In this document: positions 17,304 through 25,235 of the stretch, in pieces
How the letters are laid out: each line of letters opens with the position of its first letter
How positions within the stretch are numbered: the first letter of the stretch is position 1
DNA from: Longimicrobiales bacterium
Lineage (GTDB): Bacteria > Gemmatimonadota > Gemmatimonadetes > Longimicrobiales > Gaopeijiaceae
Assembly (NCBI GenBank): GCA_022428035.1
Contig: JAKMDG010000280.1
Location: forward strand, 1 to 27,923
Direction: 5' to 3'
Length of the DNA: 27,923 bases
The notes under the pieces: generated by a model
Told to the model about the DNA's origin: nothing
Database searches by the model: none
What the model saw: only the letters and a program-made list of their open reading frames with translations
Position numbers and translations under genes: made by a program

Positions 17304-18128
17304 ATGATTCGCCCGACTCATCTACTTCGCTCAACGCTCGCCCTCGTGGCCCTCGCAGGAGCCGCCGCCGCTCCGGTCGGAGCTCAGGGCCTTGACCTGC
17401 CGTCCCTCTTTCTCGAAGAGCTGACATGGACTGAGGTGCGGGCCGCCATCGACTCGGGCACGACGACCATCATCATTCCTACCGCGGGAACGGAGCAGAA
17501 TGGACCTCACATGGTTCTGGGTAAGCACAAGTTCATCATCAATCACGCCTCCGCGATGATCGCTCGTGAACTCGGTCAGACTCTTGTCGCGCCCGTTGTC
17601 ACGTATGTGCCCGAGGGGGACGTGAACAACCCGACCCGAGGCCACATGTCGAAGGCAGGCACGATCACCTTCCCCGAGGAGTTCTATATGAAGCTCCTCG
17701 AGTACGCCGCTCGTAGCCTGGCCGTGCATGGTTTCACCGATATCGTCATGATCGGGGATAGCGGCGGAAACCAAAACGGTATGGAACAGGTCGCCGAGAT
17801 GCTCAATGAAGAGTGGAGCTCAGAAGATGCTCAGGTCCACTTCGTGGGCGATTACTACGGAAATAACGGGTTTCGGGAGTGGCTCATCGAGCAGGGCGAG
17901 ACCCCTGAGACCATCGGAGGCCACGCAGGCATCTCCGATACCTCTCAGCTGCTCGCGGTGGACCCTCGCCATATCCGTACCGACAAGCTCGCCCCACGGG
18001 GCGGGGGTCCCGACAGCGGTGTCTCGGGCGACCCCACCCGCGCGTCGGTCGAGCGGGGGGTTCGTGGAATTCAGTTCAAAGTAGACGCGGCCTTGAATCA
18101 GATCCGTGAGCTCATGGGGTCCCGCTGA
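17304..18128 (+). CDS. Exported creatininase-family protein (274 aa)
   Basis: The start is reassigned to ATG 17304, with a signal peptide ending VGA-Q. Motifs: LEELTW, IIPTAGTEQNGPH, GTITF, GDSGGNQ, GHAGISDTS, GVSGDPTRASVERG. Confidence 0.85.
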   Translation: MIRPTHLLRSTLALVALAGAAAAPVGAQGLDLPSLFLEELTWTEVRAAIDSGTTTIIIPTAGTEQNGPHMVLGKHKFIINHASAMIARELGQTLVAPVVTYVPEGDVNNPTRGHMSKAGTITFPEEFYMKLLEYAARSLAVHGFTDIVMIGDSGGNQNGMEQVAEMLNEEWSSEDAQVHFVGDYYGNNGFREWLIEQGETPETIGGHAGISDTSQLLAVDPRHIRTDKLAPRGGGPDSGVSGDPTRASVERGVRGIQFKVDAALNQIRELMGSR

Positions 18129-18262
18129 CAAAGCGTGTGACACACGACCCACTCACGGCGTCGTACAGGTAGAGGCGTTGGACCGAATTGCGCTGCCTCT
18201 GTACGCGTATAAGTTTTCTCGCCCTCTCGGGGCGACCTTCACAGCATTCTGCCCCAAGCCTC

Positions 18263-18667
18263 ATGAACAAGCCCACCCGTCTCACCGTCCTCTTCCTGGT
18301 GCTTCCATTCCTGGCGGGATGCTTTACCGTCGCCACCGTCCCGGTACCCCGCACTCAGCCAGAGCGTGAGGCCCTGAGCATCCGGGGGGTCGTGATCACG
18401 GACGGCACGACCGAAGAGGTCGTGCAGTACGATGAGATCCTGGAGGCAACGTGGACGCCGTCCTCACTGTCACTCATCGGGGCAAACGGCTCAGGCGAGA
18501 GCCTGACGACTGAAACCCGCCTCATTCCGATCACGGAACTACGCGGTGTTCTCGTGCGATCCCTCAACGCAGGTCCGACGTCTGCGATCGTCGGCGGCAT
18601 GATCGTCGGTGCGGTGGCCGTCATCGCCCTTTTGGTGACAGGCAAGGGCAACGACTACCGCTTCTAG
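18263..18667 (+). CDS. Small lipoprotein with C-terminal hydrophobic helix (134 aa)
   Basis: The start is reassigned to ATG 18263. MNKPTRLTVLFLVLPFLAGC gives a lipobox, and the C-terminal SAIVGGMIVGAVAVIALLV is hydrophobic. Confidence 0.75.
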   Translation: MNKPTRLTVLFLVLPFLAGCFTVATVPVPRTQPEREALSIRGVVITDGTTEEVVQYDEILEATWTPSSLSLIGANGSGESLTTETRLIPITELRGVLVRSLNAGPTSAIVGGMIVGAVAVIALLVTGKGNDYRF

Positions 18668-18705
18668 GTCATTCGTGATCCTATGCGAACGACCAAACGT
18701 CGGCG

Positions 18706-19566
18706 TCAGCGAGTGCGGGTCCAAATGAGAATGACTCCGCAGTTGTTCAGTTCGTCGAACCCGACGGGAACCTCACTGGGCCGGGTGTAGACCTCGATCG
18801 CATCAATCTCGGGCGCGGTCACGTAGTCATCGGGTCGAACTCCTCCATTTGCCCCCGAGTGCACGACGTGTCGATCGATATACAGCGTCGGTGAACAGTA
18901 CTGACCATTTCGAATGATCCGGATCTCAGGATTCTGGAAGACGCGCCCACCACCGGTCATGGGGCGGGACTCATCGATGTCGAGCAGGGGAGTCCGTCGG
19001 AAGACGTCTGACACTTTGTGGATGGAGACACGCTCGATTTCTTCTCGGACCATGAACACGCCACGTCCGCCGATCGCCCGTTCGTAAAAACCATGCCGCT
19101 CCAGGAAGCTCATAGGGCCCATGTCGGCCTCCACGACGACCTCTTCGAGCTCGATCGGCAACGGTTTCAGACCAATCTGGACGTCGAACACTCCATCCTC
19201 TCCTAGCTCAAAGACGCCGTCCATCATCGTTTCATACCCGGTGCGCGAGATGTAAACGAAATAGGGACCCGGATCGGGCGCGGTCACCTCGAAGAACCCG
19301 TCCGTGTCCGCAAGCGCGGCGACAGCCATGCTCTCACCTTGGGTGATCAACCCGACGTATGCCAACATGACCGGCTCGCGCGTCTCCATGTCCAAGACGC
19401 GCCCCCGCACGGTTTGTGCCTGGAGCGGACTGAGTGAGCCGACAATCAAAGACACGGCGCTGAACAGTGTCGCAACACCATGCAGCCAGGCGACGGAGCG
19501 ACACCACCGGTCCGACAAAAGCTGTGTTGGCGCCCAATTGTGAGTGCCCCGACGGACCCGGATCAT
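18706..19566 (-). CDS. Exported carboxypeptidase-regulatory-like (Ig-like) domain + TonB-dependent-receptor plug domain, no beta-barrel (286 aa)
   Basis: GGAGG RBS before ATG 19566. Segments: LQA-QTVRGRVLD...DGFF...TGY, then PIELEEVVVEA, GFYER, REEIER...SDVFRRTP, and EIDAIEVY...CGVILIWTR followed by the stop. Confidence 0.8.
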   Translation of the reverse strand: MIRVRRGTHNWAPTQLLSDRWCRSVAWLHGVATLFSAVSLIVGSLSPLQAQTVRGRVLDMETREPVMLAYVGLITQGESMAVAALADTDGFFEVTAPDPGPYFVYISRTGYETMMDGVFELGEDGVFDVQIGLKPLPIELEEVVVEADMGPMSFLERHGFYERAIGGRGVFMVREEIERVSIHKVSDVFRRTPLLDIDESRPMTGGGRVFQNPEIRIIRNGQYCSPTLYIDRHVVHSGANGGVRPDDYVTAPEIDAIEVYTRPSEVPVGFDELNNCGVILIWTRTR

Positions 19567-19613
19567 GCAGCCTCCCTCCACTTCGCTCCTATAGATCATA
19601 CGCTGCAGCGGCC

Positions 19614-19657
19614 AAAAAGTGACGAGCCCCCACCGGCTTTCGCCGATGGGGGCCGTC
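19614..19657 (-). terminator. Intrinsic terminator downstream of susD
   Basis: Minus strand reads GACG-GCCCCCATCGGC-GAAA-GCCGGTGGGGGC-T-CGTC-AC-TTTTT. This is a 12-bp stem (one G-U pair) extendable by 4 bp past a bulge, with a GAAA tetraloop and a U5 tract, about 30 bp after the susD stop. Confidence 0.8.
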
Positions 19658-19687
19658 GGTACTGCCCTGCTAAGCTACCCGGCTATA

Positions 19688-21112
19688 TCAACCGCAAACC
19701 GGATCGCCCTGCAAGTTCGGGTTCAGCTGGCACTCATTCCGAGGCATCGGGAAACAAGACACCCGATCCGCTACAGACGTGCTGCCTGTGATCCAACCCG
19801 AGGACGTCAGGAACGGATGGTTCCACCGCTCCATGTCGTACAGCCGCTTACCCTGCATCCAGAGGTTTGCATACCGCTCACGATCGAGGATCGCGAGAGC
19901 CGTTCCGGAGTTTGCATCCGTCACGTCCTCTTGGGTATACGGCCACTGGAGCAGCGCACCCATCTCCGTGGGAGCAGCGAGCGCACCGAGACCCCAGTGC
20001 GCGCGGGCTGTGTTGATGTGCCCGATGAACGTGGCGTAGTCCCCCGCGACCATAGCAGCCTCCGCCATGATCATGTACATCTCCAGAGCCGAAGCCCTCG
20101 GGATGTCGGACCCACGATCGTCGTAGCGATCCTGACGATAGTGCGCGTGGTCACCATCAGCGCCCTGCTGGGCACCGGAACCGTCACCATCACAGTTCCC
20201 TGTCTTCGTCACGCCACCCGGAATGTTGTCCGGATATGCCGAAGCCAGATCATCCCACTCACCGCACTTCGTGAACGCGGTACGGGGATCAGCGTCAGGA
20301 CCTTCATGCATGGCCTGAGCAAGCGTACGGTACACGCCGATCTCGGCGCGACCCCACGTCTCCTGCCAGATGATGTTCTGGTTCGCACCCTGGGCATAGA
20401 TCGCGTTGTCAGCATAGCCCGCGTCCTCACCCGCTGCAGTGATCGCGGAGAGCGCAGTCTGCGCTGCTCCAGACGCGGCAGCCCATGAGCCTGTGCCTTC
20501 GACCGCCTTGCCGAACTCTGCCTGAGCTAGCCCCATAAGAGCGGCCAGTCTCCACTGCGTGCTATTCGCAGCGGTGGCGATGGTGAGGGCCTGATTGAAT
20601 GCACCCTCTGCTCGAGCGAAAGCCGCCGAGCGTGGCTCGGACGGACCAACGTCGAACGCGACGTTGCAGTACGCTTCACCCAGACGCATGAAGGCATGAC
20701 CACGGTACACGAACAGGCGAGCACCGTTCTCGGACGTGTTCTCCGCACCTTCGAGGACCTCTTGCAGGCGAGTCCATGCCTGGTCCGCGGCCCACGCAGC
20801 CTCATGCATCTGCTCCCAGTCGCCTTCGGCGTCCTGGTCGGTATAGAAACCGGTCCGAAAATCCTGCGTCGATCCATAAGACCCCGTACCAGCGGCCTCA
20901 TCGGTCAAACGCGCGATATCGAACGCGTAGTTGTCCTGCACATCGTTGTACTCAGCTGATACACCTGCGACGAGCACAGGCATCAGCTCGGGAGTGTTCA
21001 AATCCCCGTCCTGAATCGCTCCGGGGTTAAGAACTTCGAGATCACACCCCGAGAGGACGACCGCAAACGCGGCCACTGCCGGAACTCCGGCCCTTCTCAT
21101 CCAGTGATTCAT
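19688..21112 (-). CDS. susD: RagB/SusD-like outer-membrane lipoprotein (474 aa)
   Basis: Family-level symbol only. Lipobox VLSGC-DLEVLNPG, TPR-like helical N-half, LEMYMIMAEAA, ERYANLWMQGKRLYDMERW. ATGA overlap with the susC stop. Confidence 0.85.
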   Translation of the reverse strand: MNHWMRRAGVPAVAAFAVVLSGCDLEVLNPGAIQDGDLNTPELMPVLVAGVSAEYNDVQDNYAFDIARLTDEAAGTGSYGSTQDFRTGFYTDQDAEGDWEQMHEAAWAADQAWTRLQEVLEGAENTSENGARLFVYRGHAFMRLGEAYCNVAFDVGPSEPRSAAFARAEGAFNQALTIATAANSTQWRLAALMGLAQAEFGKAVEGTGSWAAASGAAQTALSAITAAGEDAGYADNAIYAQGANQNIIWQETWGRAEIGVYRTLAQAMHEGPDADPRTAFTKCGEWDDLASAYPDNIPGGVTKTGNCDGDGSGAQQGADGDHAHYRQDRYDDRGSDIPRASALEMYMIMAEAAMVAGDYATFIGHINTARAHWGLGALAAPTEMGALLQWPYTQEDVTDANSGTALAILDRERYANLWMQGKRLYDMERWNHPFLTSSGWITGSTSVADRVSCFPMPRNECQLNPNLQGDPVCG

Positions 21113-24100
21113 CAGAAGTTCACCGTCAGGTTCAGGATGAGAATCCGCGGCGGAGCCATGTTGTAGTACTCGAATGCGTACTCACCACGGTCAAGACCAC
21201 GGTCCGTGGCCTCAGGATCGAGGCCCTGGTAGTCCGTGCTCTGCCAGAGGTTCTTACCCTGCAGCGCGAGGCTGACGCTACGCGTTCCCGGGACGAGATC
21301 GTCCGGAAGACGGTAGGACAGCGAGGCCGAGCGGAGCTTGATGAAGTCCGCGTTCTGTGTCCACATGCCCCAGTCGATCTGACCAGGCACGCAGGTGTTG
21401 ACCTGCTGCGGGGTGAGGTTGGTGTTCCCGTTGTTGTTGAACTCGTTCTGGATACCGAAGCACGCGGGCCACGTCTCACGACGCGCCGTCGCCCAGCCGA
21501 TCCCAATGCCACGGACATGACCCATCTGGCTTTCTGCCAGCAGGTCCAGCGTCAGCGACTGATTGAACGTCAGCCGCGTACCGATGGCCATAATGTCCGT
21601 CGGGAAAACCACACCGAGAACCTGCGTCTCAGCGTCGGAAGCCGCTCCGACCTGACCCGGGTTCATGACGACGTCGTCATACTCGACGCCGATCGGGAAT
21701 CCGAGCTGGAGGTTGAAGCCCGCGTTTTCGAGCGGGCCCAAATCCGTGATCTCAGACTCGCTGTGCGAGTAAGAGAAGTTCACGTTCCAGTCGAGGTTGT
21801 CCGTACGAAGAGGCGTCACGTTCAAAATCGCCTCATACCCGGTGTTAGTCGTCTCACCGAGGTTGCGCAGTGTCTGCTCCTCGGTACCGAAGGACGGTGC
21901 TTCCGCGACGCCGATGAGGGCGTCCGTCGTGGTCTGATCGAAGTACGTGAAGTCGATCGACGCACGACCTTCGAACAAGGACGTCTCGAACCCGAGCTCG
22001 ATCTCTTCAGAGACCTCAGGACCGAGGTCAGCGTTCCCGAGGTTACCGATAATCAGAGCCGGAATAACCTCGTCAGCCTGCGTAGCCTCGTACACCTTCA
22101 CAGCATCGAACGCACCTGGCGCACGGCCGGAACGGCCCCACGCTCCACGCAGCTTAAGCGCGTCCACCCCGATGTCCGGGAAGAAGCTCTCGTCAGAGAT
22201 CGTATACGCTGCGGCGACCTTCGGATACGCGGCGAGGCCGAAGCCCTCACCGAATGTGGAGAAGCCATCCCAGCGAACACCACCGGTGAGGAAGAGACGA
22301 TCGCCGAACCCGATCTGCTCCTGGAGGAAGAATCCACCGGAGCGAACCGTGAGGCGGTTCTCGTTGATGCCCGGATCGGTACCGTCACCAAGCAGCTGCT
22401 CACCGGGACCTGCAAAGTCGGAGTCGAAGCCGTTCAGCTGCCAGCTGTACTCCTCATAGACCTGACCACCCCATGAAAACGAGGAGGAGACAGCGTCCGT
22501 GACATCCGTCCGCCACGATCCGTTGTAGTCGAAGGTCATGTTGCGGTCGTTGTACGTGTCGTTCTCACGATCACCCAGCGGGTTCTCGTAGTTGTCGTAC
22601 GGCTTGAAATCGACGAAGTCGACGTACGTGTAGTCCATCCCGAAGTTGAGGCGGTGCGAGAAGTCCGCCGTCGGGGACCAACCGATCGATGCAGAGGTCA
22701 CCCACTGCGACTGGTTGGTGAGGATGTCGTTGAACAAGACGAGCGAGTCGTCGTTGTCTGGCGTGTACCCACGCTCACCACGCAGCACGTTGAGGAACAG
22801 GCCCGACGCGTTGTTGCCGTTCGGGATCCAGCTGATGTTCCGCTTCGTGTACATGTTGTTCAGGCTGACGTCGAGCCCGTCGAACGGCTGGAACTGTACG
22901 TTCGCGCGCAGGTTGTAGCTGTCCTGACCCTGCGGATCGACAACGCCATTCTCATCGGCATAGCGACCGGACACAAAGTACGTCGCTGTCTCGCCACCGC
23001 CACGGATGCTCAGGTTGTAACGCTGCATGTACGCGTCACGGAACCAGGACCCACTCTCGGGACAACCAGGCTCTGCACCGTAGTTGTTGATCGACGGGTA
23101 GAGCGCGCTCATGTTCACGCCCGAGGCGCAGTCGTTGAGACGCAGGCCATTGTTGTTGCCGATGTCCCCGCTCGGGAGCAGGTAATCGACATCGAAGTCA
23201 CCCGTCGGGTACACGTCGAGGTTGTTTTCGGTGAAGGCATTGGCCATCACCTTGACATCAGAGTCCGTCAACGGACCCTGGTGACCCATGACCGACTGAC
23301 CGCCATCGACGGTCAGCGTCCATGCCGGCGCACCAGCGGAGCCACGCTTCGTGAAGATCTGGATCACGCCACCCGCGGCTTCCGTGCCGTAGAGCGTCGT
23401 GGCCGCAGGGCCCTTCACGATTTCGATGCGGTCGATGTCGTTCGGGTTGATGCCATCAATGGCCATCGTACCCGCAGCGCCCTCATCAGCCTGCATGAGG
23501 CTGTTGTTCTCCATGCGGACACCGTCGATGTAGATCAGCGGGCGGTTGCTCTGAGAGATCGAGCTGTTGCCGCGAATCCGAATCTCGGACCCAGCGCCCA
23601 CCTGTCCATCCGTACCGGTGATGGAAACACCAGCCGCACGGCCCTGGAGCACGTTTGAGACGTCAGTGATCGCAGCGACTCCAATGTCGCTGGAGCCGAT
23701 CGACTCGATCGAGTTACCCACCTCACGACGACGTGCCTGACCCGCGGTACCGGTCACGATCACGCCCTCGAGAGAGAGCGCCTGCTCACGCATCTCGAAA
23801 TCCAGGGTGGCGGTGCCACCCGCAGTGACGCTGACCGTCTGAGAACCGGCGCCGTAGCCGATGATCGTGACGTTCACCGTCTGTGTTCCCGCTGGCACAT
23901 TCAGCAGCAGGAATCGTCCAACGTTGTTAACCAGGCCACCAATACCGGTGCCTTCAACCGCAACCTGAGCACCCGCTAGGGGCGCCAAGGACGCGGCATC
24001 GCGGACCAGTCCGGTAACCGTTCCGGTATTCTGCGCAGCCACTCCAACCGCGCTGAACGCCGCAAAAGCCAATGCGATCGCAAGATTGCGCGCAGCTTTT

Positions 24101-24132
24101 ACGGAGCTCTGTACGAACGTCCGTAGAGCCAT
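21112..24132 (-). CDS. susC: SusC/RagA-like TonB-dependent transporter (1006 aa)
   Basis: Family-level symbol only. AGGAGG RBS, signal peptide ending VAA-Q, N-terminal Ig-like domain, LEGVIVTGT (TonB-box-like), plug IRIRGNSS...PLIYIDGVR...INPNDIDRIEIVKGPAATTLYG...GVIQIFTKRG, barrel segments, ADFIKLRSASLSY, and C-terminal LNLTVNF. Confidence 0.95.
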   Translation of the reverse strand: MALRTFVQSSVKAARNLAIALAFAAFSAVGVAAQNTGTVTGLVRDAASLAPLAGAQVAVEGTGIGGLVNNVGRFLLLNVPAGTQTVNVTIIGYGAGSQTVSVTAGGTATLDFEMREQALSLEGVIVTGTAGQARRREVGNSIESIGSSDIGVAAITDVSNVLQGRAAGVSITGTDGQVGAGSEIRIRGNSSISQSNRPLIYIDGVRMENNSLMQADEGAAGTMAIDGINPNDIDRIEIVKGPAATTLYGTEAAGGVIQIFTKRGSAGAPAWTLTVDGGQSVMGHQGPLTDSDVKVMANAFTENNLDVYPTGDFDVDYLLPSGDIGNNNGLRLNDCASGVNMSALYPSINNYGAEPGCPESGSWFRDAYMQRYNLSIRGGGETATYFVSGRYADENGVVDPQGQDSYNLRANVQFQPFDGLDVSLNNMYTKRNISWIPNGNNASGLFLNVLRGERGYTPDNDDSLVLFNDILTNQSQWVTSASIGWSPTADFSHRLNFGMDYTYVDFVDFKPYDNYENPLGDRENDTYNDRNMTFDYNGSWRTDVTDAVSSSFSWGGQVYEEYSWQLNGFDSDFAGPGEQLLGDGTDPGINENRLTVRSGGFFLQEQIGFGDRLFLTGGVRWDGFSTFGEGFGLAAYPKVAAAYTISDESFFPDIGVDALKLRGAWGRSGRAPGAFDAVKVYEATQADEVIPALIIGNLGNADLGPEVSEEIELGFETSLFEGRASIDFTYFDQTTTDALIGVAEAPSFGTEEQTLRNLGETTNTGYEAILNVTPLRTDNLDWNVNFSYSHSESEITDLGPLENAGFNLQLGFPIGVEYDDVVMNPGQVGAASDAETQVLGVVFPTDIMAIGTRLTFNQSLTLDLLAESQMGHVRGIGIGWATARRETWPACFGIQNEFNNNGNTNLTPQQVNTCVPGQIDWGMWTQNADFIKLRSASLSYRLPDDLVPGTRSVSLALQGKNLWQSTDYQGLDPEATDRGLDRGEYAFEYYNMAPPRILILNLTVNF

Positions 24133-24182
24133 GAGACCTCCTCAATGAACTCTAGGTACTTGAACCCACTCCTCCCAACATC

Positions 24183-24225
24183 ATCCCAAGGGATAGGTTT
24201 TACGGAGCCGACAAGCCAAAGTCAA
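24183..24225 (-). promoter_or_regulatory. Candidate sigma70 promoter of susC-susD with overlapping palindrome
   Basis: Minus strand TTGACT (24225-24220), 17 nt, TAAAAC (24202-24197). ATCCC-N2-GGGAT at 24183-24194 spans the expected transcription start. Confidence 0.5.
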
Positions 24226-24311
24226 GATGTTTACGCAGAAGCTGCGAGGCCTGCACCTGCCAGAATCCACCGTCCGTTTGGCTGTGAGCGCAGCCACCGG
24301 AAACAAATGAC

Positions 24312-25130
24312 TCAGCTCCCGGGAAAGGCAGGTACGATGCAAACCGACGCGATGGGACGTTCGGAAGCTCCGGAGGCGAGCCCCTTCTTGAGGGTGACCT
24401 TGATCACTCCGCTTGCACCAGCAGATCCGTACTCCCATCCGGCGGCTGCTCCGGGCTGTACCTCGATCGACTCCACCTCATTCGGGCGCATCTGAGACAG
24501 CGTTCCCTCAGCACCGGGCGTGCGGACCCCGTCGATCAGCAGGACTGGGGGATCAGCGACCGCAGTTGAGCGACCACGTGCGGAGCGGAAGCTGGCAGTC
24601 GCACCCACGTCTCCAGGCATGGGACCTACCATATTCGGTGCCAGCCGTCGAATGAGCTCCATGACGTTGCGCGCATTCATGCCCTCGATCTCGTGCGCTT
24701 CGAGCCTCCGGCCCGTGGACCGCTGTCGTTCCTCCGCGTCCCGGCGATCCTCCTGGGCCTTCGCTCCAAAAACTGCGGGCAGGCGGAACTCGACGTCGCG
24801 CGGGAAGCGTTGAACAACGGTCACGTGACCCCACGTGATGCGGCAGTCTCCCGTCATCATCGCGAGAAGCCGCTTCCCCTCCGGCAGATCCTTGAACTCA
24901 AAGCGGCCCCGGCGGTCGGTAAACACCTCATGTCCACTGTCTAGCCGTATGAGAACGCCCGGTATCGGCTCTCCCGAGATGCTGTCGATGACCTGACCCT
25001 GGAGATAAGCCACAGGGGGTGGAGCCTCAGCGGACATCTCCACCTGTGCATGCAGGGGATCTGTGCTGGTCGTGGCCACGACGACAAGCGCCGAGATAAG
25101 CCAACGGGGATCGAGGACCAGACGTACCAT
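24312..25130 (-). CDS. Second exported Ig-like + TonB plug-only protein, no beta-barrel (about 272 aa)
   Basis: Signal peptide ending LHA-Q. Segments: LQGQVIDSISGEPIPGV...TDRRGRF, then PPVLLIDGVR...MRPNEVESIEVQPGAAAGWEYGSAGASGVIKVTLKKG, with the stop about 24 aa later. Start is ATG 25130 or GTG 25160. Confidence 0.8.
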   Translation of the reverse strand: MVRLVLDPRWLISALVVVATTSTDPLHAQVEMSAEAPPPVAYLQGQVIDSISGEPIPGVLIRLDSGHEVFTDRRGRFEFKDLPEGKRLLAMMTGDCRITWGHVTVVQRFPRDVEFRLPAVFGAKAQEDRRDAEERQRSTGRRLEAHEIEGMNARNVMELIRRLAPNMVGPMPGDVGATASFRSARGRSTAVADPPVLLIDGVRTPGAEGTLSQMRPNEVESIEVQPGAAAGWEYGSAGASGVIKVTLKKGLASGASERPIASVCIVPAFPGS

Positions 25131-25189
25131 GAGAAGTCCGTGCGAAGTTCGTCGTACCACCGACGTGGTGCGCAGAGCTACATAGATAC

Positions 25190-25203
25190 TGACGTGTACG
25201 TCA
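25190..25203. promoter_or_regulatory. 14-bp palindrome TGACGT-GT-ACGTCA, candidate operator
   Basis: Perfect 6-bp arms in the 75-bp gap between the serine hydrolase stop and the plug-only gene. Confidence 0.35.
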
Positions 25204-25235
25204 TAGTCACGGCTTAGTTGCGCCGAGCACCCACC

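Noticed and set aside
18178-18213. TATAAG as a sigma70 -10 box for the lipoprotein gene
   Set aside because: The TTG-containing hexamers upstream are at 14 and 24 nt spacing, and there is no extended -10 motif.
18706-19566. Plug-only genes as pseudogenised TonB receptors
   Set aside because: No barrel-coding remnant follows either stop, both end at the same structural boundary, and both keep RBS or signal features. This is not fully excluded without comparative data.
19619-23658. Long plus-strand ORFs opposite susC/susD (19619-20488, 21517-22476, 22654-23658)
   Set aside because: Shadow ORFs with no recognisable domains; the first also starts inside the terminator hairpin.
24268-24290. TGGCTG/CAGCCA hairpin after the upstream plug-only gene as a terminator
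   Set aside because: Only a 6-bp stem, with no U-tract on the transcribed strand.
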